NCBI GenBank assembly: GCA_002633005.1
Contig: NMRA01000082.1
Location: 348,576 to 412,575, forward strand
Direction of reading: 5' to 3'
Length of the DNA: 64,000 nucleotides
Source: Phoronis australis
Lineage: Eukaryota; Animalia; Phoronida
Shown: piece after piece, positions 61,181 to 64,000 of the stretch
Numbering within the stretch: the stretch's first letter is position 1
Layout of the letters: every line of letters begins with the position of its first letter
Notes under the pieces: generated by a model
Told to the model about the DNA's origin: nothing
Databases searched by the model: none
What the model saw: the letters and a program-made list of their open reading frames with translations, nothing else
Position numbers and translations under genes: made by a program

Positions 61181-62200
61181 CAGTGGCGGATCTAGGATAT
61201 CACAAGGGGGGGGCCCAACATCTTGTCCGGCTGTAAGCATTTGCGCAAACCACGATTGTAGATGCGCATAGCACCGAATGGGGGGAGGTCGGGAGGGGGG
61301 CAAATCCCCCTCCCGCCCAGGAAATTTTTCTGTTTTTTCCTCTAAAAATCAAGCATTTTCCTTGATTTCTGATGTATTATCCAAGAACAAAAAGGAAAAA
61401 AATAACAGGAAAAATCGAGACTTTCACAGACTTGAACTCGCGACCTGGCTGCCTGGACGCGCGTGCTTTGCCGCTACACCACCACGACTGCGAAGTATAC
61501 AAATACTAAGAGACCTACTTGTTTGTGGTCCACAGCGTTTGCGCGCAAAACCTGCTTCTTTTTGTTATGCTTATTACACGTTTTATATTTTGTGCAATCG
61601 GTTCTTAACAAATTTGTTGCATTTAAAATAGTCTTCAAATGCCCAAAAGACTAAATCCGTTTTTCGTGTTGGCAATAATGACGGGATTGCTTTGGAAATC
61701 GTCTTAAGTTAAGGTTTGACAAAGAGAGAATTAATGAGTTTCTGAGTGATTCACTAAGGCTTCGATTAAAATTCACATCTTACCAGCAGCTTCTGTTTTT
61801 TCATCGTCACTCAGGTTCCATTTTCTTTAAAAAATGAAGTAAATTTTCTCCATTGCACAGTGGAGCAGACGACGGAAACGGAGTCGTAGTGCGCAGCGCC
61901 ACTGCAGGTCGCCTGGGATATCGAGGGAGAGCTTATACTTAGCCATAGTTCCGTTACGAATGCGCCGTGTTCCGAATTTGACACTTGAAATTGGATCTGA
62001 GCCCCCCCCCAACACTAAAACTGCACACATTTAAATCTTTTTTCATCCGCATAATTTTAATTACCGGGGCAAATTAATAAACTTGACGTTTCCCTACGCT
62101 CTTGCTGTTTTATTTTTTTTGCGCCAGCCAAGGGGGGGGGNNNNNNNNNAAGGGGGGGGGGGGGGGCGGGCCCGCTGGGCCCCCCCTAAATCCGCCTATG
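61181..62200. mobile_element. About 1-kb non-autonomous TIR element (hAT5-type)
   Basis: CAGTGGCGGATCTAGG...CCTAAATCCGCCTATG, perfect 5-bp TSD TAATG, G/C-run subterminal regions. Confidence 0.8.
61425..61483 (-). mobile_element. Degenerate tRNA-like Pol III head inside the 61181-62200 element
   Basis: The minus strand reads GGTGGTGTAGCGG...AGGTCGCGAGTTCAAGTC (A and B boxes). Confidence 0.45.
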
Positions 62201-64000
62201 TAATGACAGTTTTATCGTAACCAATAACCATAACATGGCTACAAACGTAACTACGTCACCAGCCTCCCATTCCGGCAGTAACGCTAGAACCTTGCTGAGA
62301 AGCATGACTTCGCGGAGATTACGTGACATATTGCCGTGTACATGCGCGCACCCAGGGGCGAAGTGGGCAAAAAGGTCCGCCTCAGAGAAACAACGAGGCC
62401 GGAAAAATAAGACCAACGTCCACAGGAAGTCGGGTCGAATGAACAAGGTCCACACACTGAAAAATTTGAGCCCCCTATATTTTAGACTGGGTCGGCACGC
62501 ATGGTGTAGGTAAAATGAGAACACGTGACTTTGGCGAAATTTTCACTAGGTCCTAGCGTAAGTCTTAGCGTTACTGAACGCACGCACGCTTACTCAGGCG
62601 CGTGCTTATACCGCCGTACTTTACCATAGGAATAATGAATTCATTTTTGCCTGCACTATATCTTTGTTCAGTTGCACTACTGACTTTTTCTCTGTTTAGT
62701 ATACACGAAAAAAGCAGGGACTTTGGCCGGTGCGTACCCGCTAGCCAAATTTGACTACTCCCATGCAACAGCGAAAACAATATAGACCGGAGTACGCACC
62801 TATCCTATTTCATATGAATGGATTCGGCTTTATTTTCCACTCAAGAGCTCTACACTGGCAACGATGCTTTGAACACGACTGGTGTGTATAGCTAATTTAT
62901 AACACAGAGTTAAACTTTGGAGTTTGTTACTTTTTCCAAATCTCACAATTTTAAGTACCAAACACAAAAACTGCATGTTCCGTCTGATTTCTGGCCTAAA
63001 CGCTAGCTGACGTAGAAGCTATTCTGGGAAAAAGCCTGCTACACGCACTGCTCGCTATTTTTTCAAATTTTAACCTTTTTTATTTTCACCGGAAGACGAC
63101 GGTTGCAAGACTTGCTTTGCATGGAAAAGAAAACTATAGTAGTTGTATGATAGCAAATAAAAATCACAGTGAGATGCTTTGAGATCAACTGCTGTACCGG
63201 CAAAAAAATTAATGAGACTCCTCGAGACAATCGACAACACAATGACCACTGAATCCTATGTCCAGCTGAGCTGTATGCCTCTATTGATAGCTCACTTAAA
63301 GGCGAGAACACCGGGTCCAAGTAGCCGCTAGATGATTCAGTTGTTGTCGTGTTTCACGTTTTGAAGTACCTTGTCAGCTCATCGCTGATTTGAGACCGAC
63401 AGCTCAACTCGTACCTTCCCGCCTTGCAGTGCTCTTGTGCGGGTGTGCGCAATAATATCTAGTATATTCAGGAGAGGTTGAGCTCTGCCAGGCTCAGCAG
63501 TCAACCTGCAAAGTTGAATAACGTGCGGGTCTATTATTCGGTAGGTAAATGCACGAGGGCTCCATTAAGATGCCCGTCATACGGGCAGGACTCTGAGTTC
63601 TGATCGAGTGCAGTCTGTAGTTCGTGTTACTCGTAATCACCTGCCACGGCGGTCAAGTGTGTTGTGTAATACGTTCAAAGCAAGAAACGGGATTAACCCG
63701 ACGTCCACACTACTGTGGACAATACAATCGAAATACTTCCATACATATCCTTCTTGAAACGCAATACAATATAAAAGGAGTATTGAACAATAACCATTGT
63801 AGATTGCGGTCCGTCACCTTGTCTGTCGGCAAAGACCTGCGATATTTTCTTCTTAAACATAGGGTACTAGAAGCATTAATTCCTTGTCATGCAGTTATTT
63901 GACCAAACCGAACTTCAGTGTATTTTTTTTTCACAATGTCAAAAATACCCGGTTCATATGCTAGCTAAAACGCTAGCGTTTTCGCTAGAACTTTCGCTCA

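Overview
Eukaryotic (invertebrate animal, probably lophotrochozoan; inferred) genomic DNA with GT-AG introns, not a prokaryotic window. It holds two reconstructable multi-exon genes in convergent orientation. (1) A complete 12-exon nuclear lamin on + (CDS 21983-39458, 592 aa, with rod-end motifs, NLS KRKR, Ig-fold tail and CaaX CVVM). Its last intron also offers CaaX-less alternative endings. (2) A clan-2 cytochrome P450 on - (5 coding exons, 54551-46398, 500 codons), intact except for one CGA>TGA nonsense codon. The rest is intron or intergenic DNA full of mobile elements: a deleted mariner with a nested MITE, at least four 5-bp-TSD (hAT5-type) elements, Helentron/DINE-1-like arrays carrying CTCF-like motifs, tRNA-derived SINE heads, transposase relics and minisatellites. 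There is a probable haplotype-overlap assembly artefact at 47319-49512. Strand skew and CpG depletion suggest 1-14.9 kb is the intron of an unseen minus-strand gene. All coordinates were read by eye.
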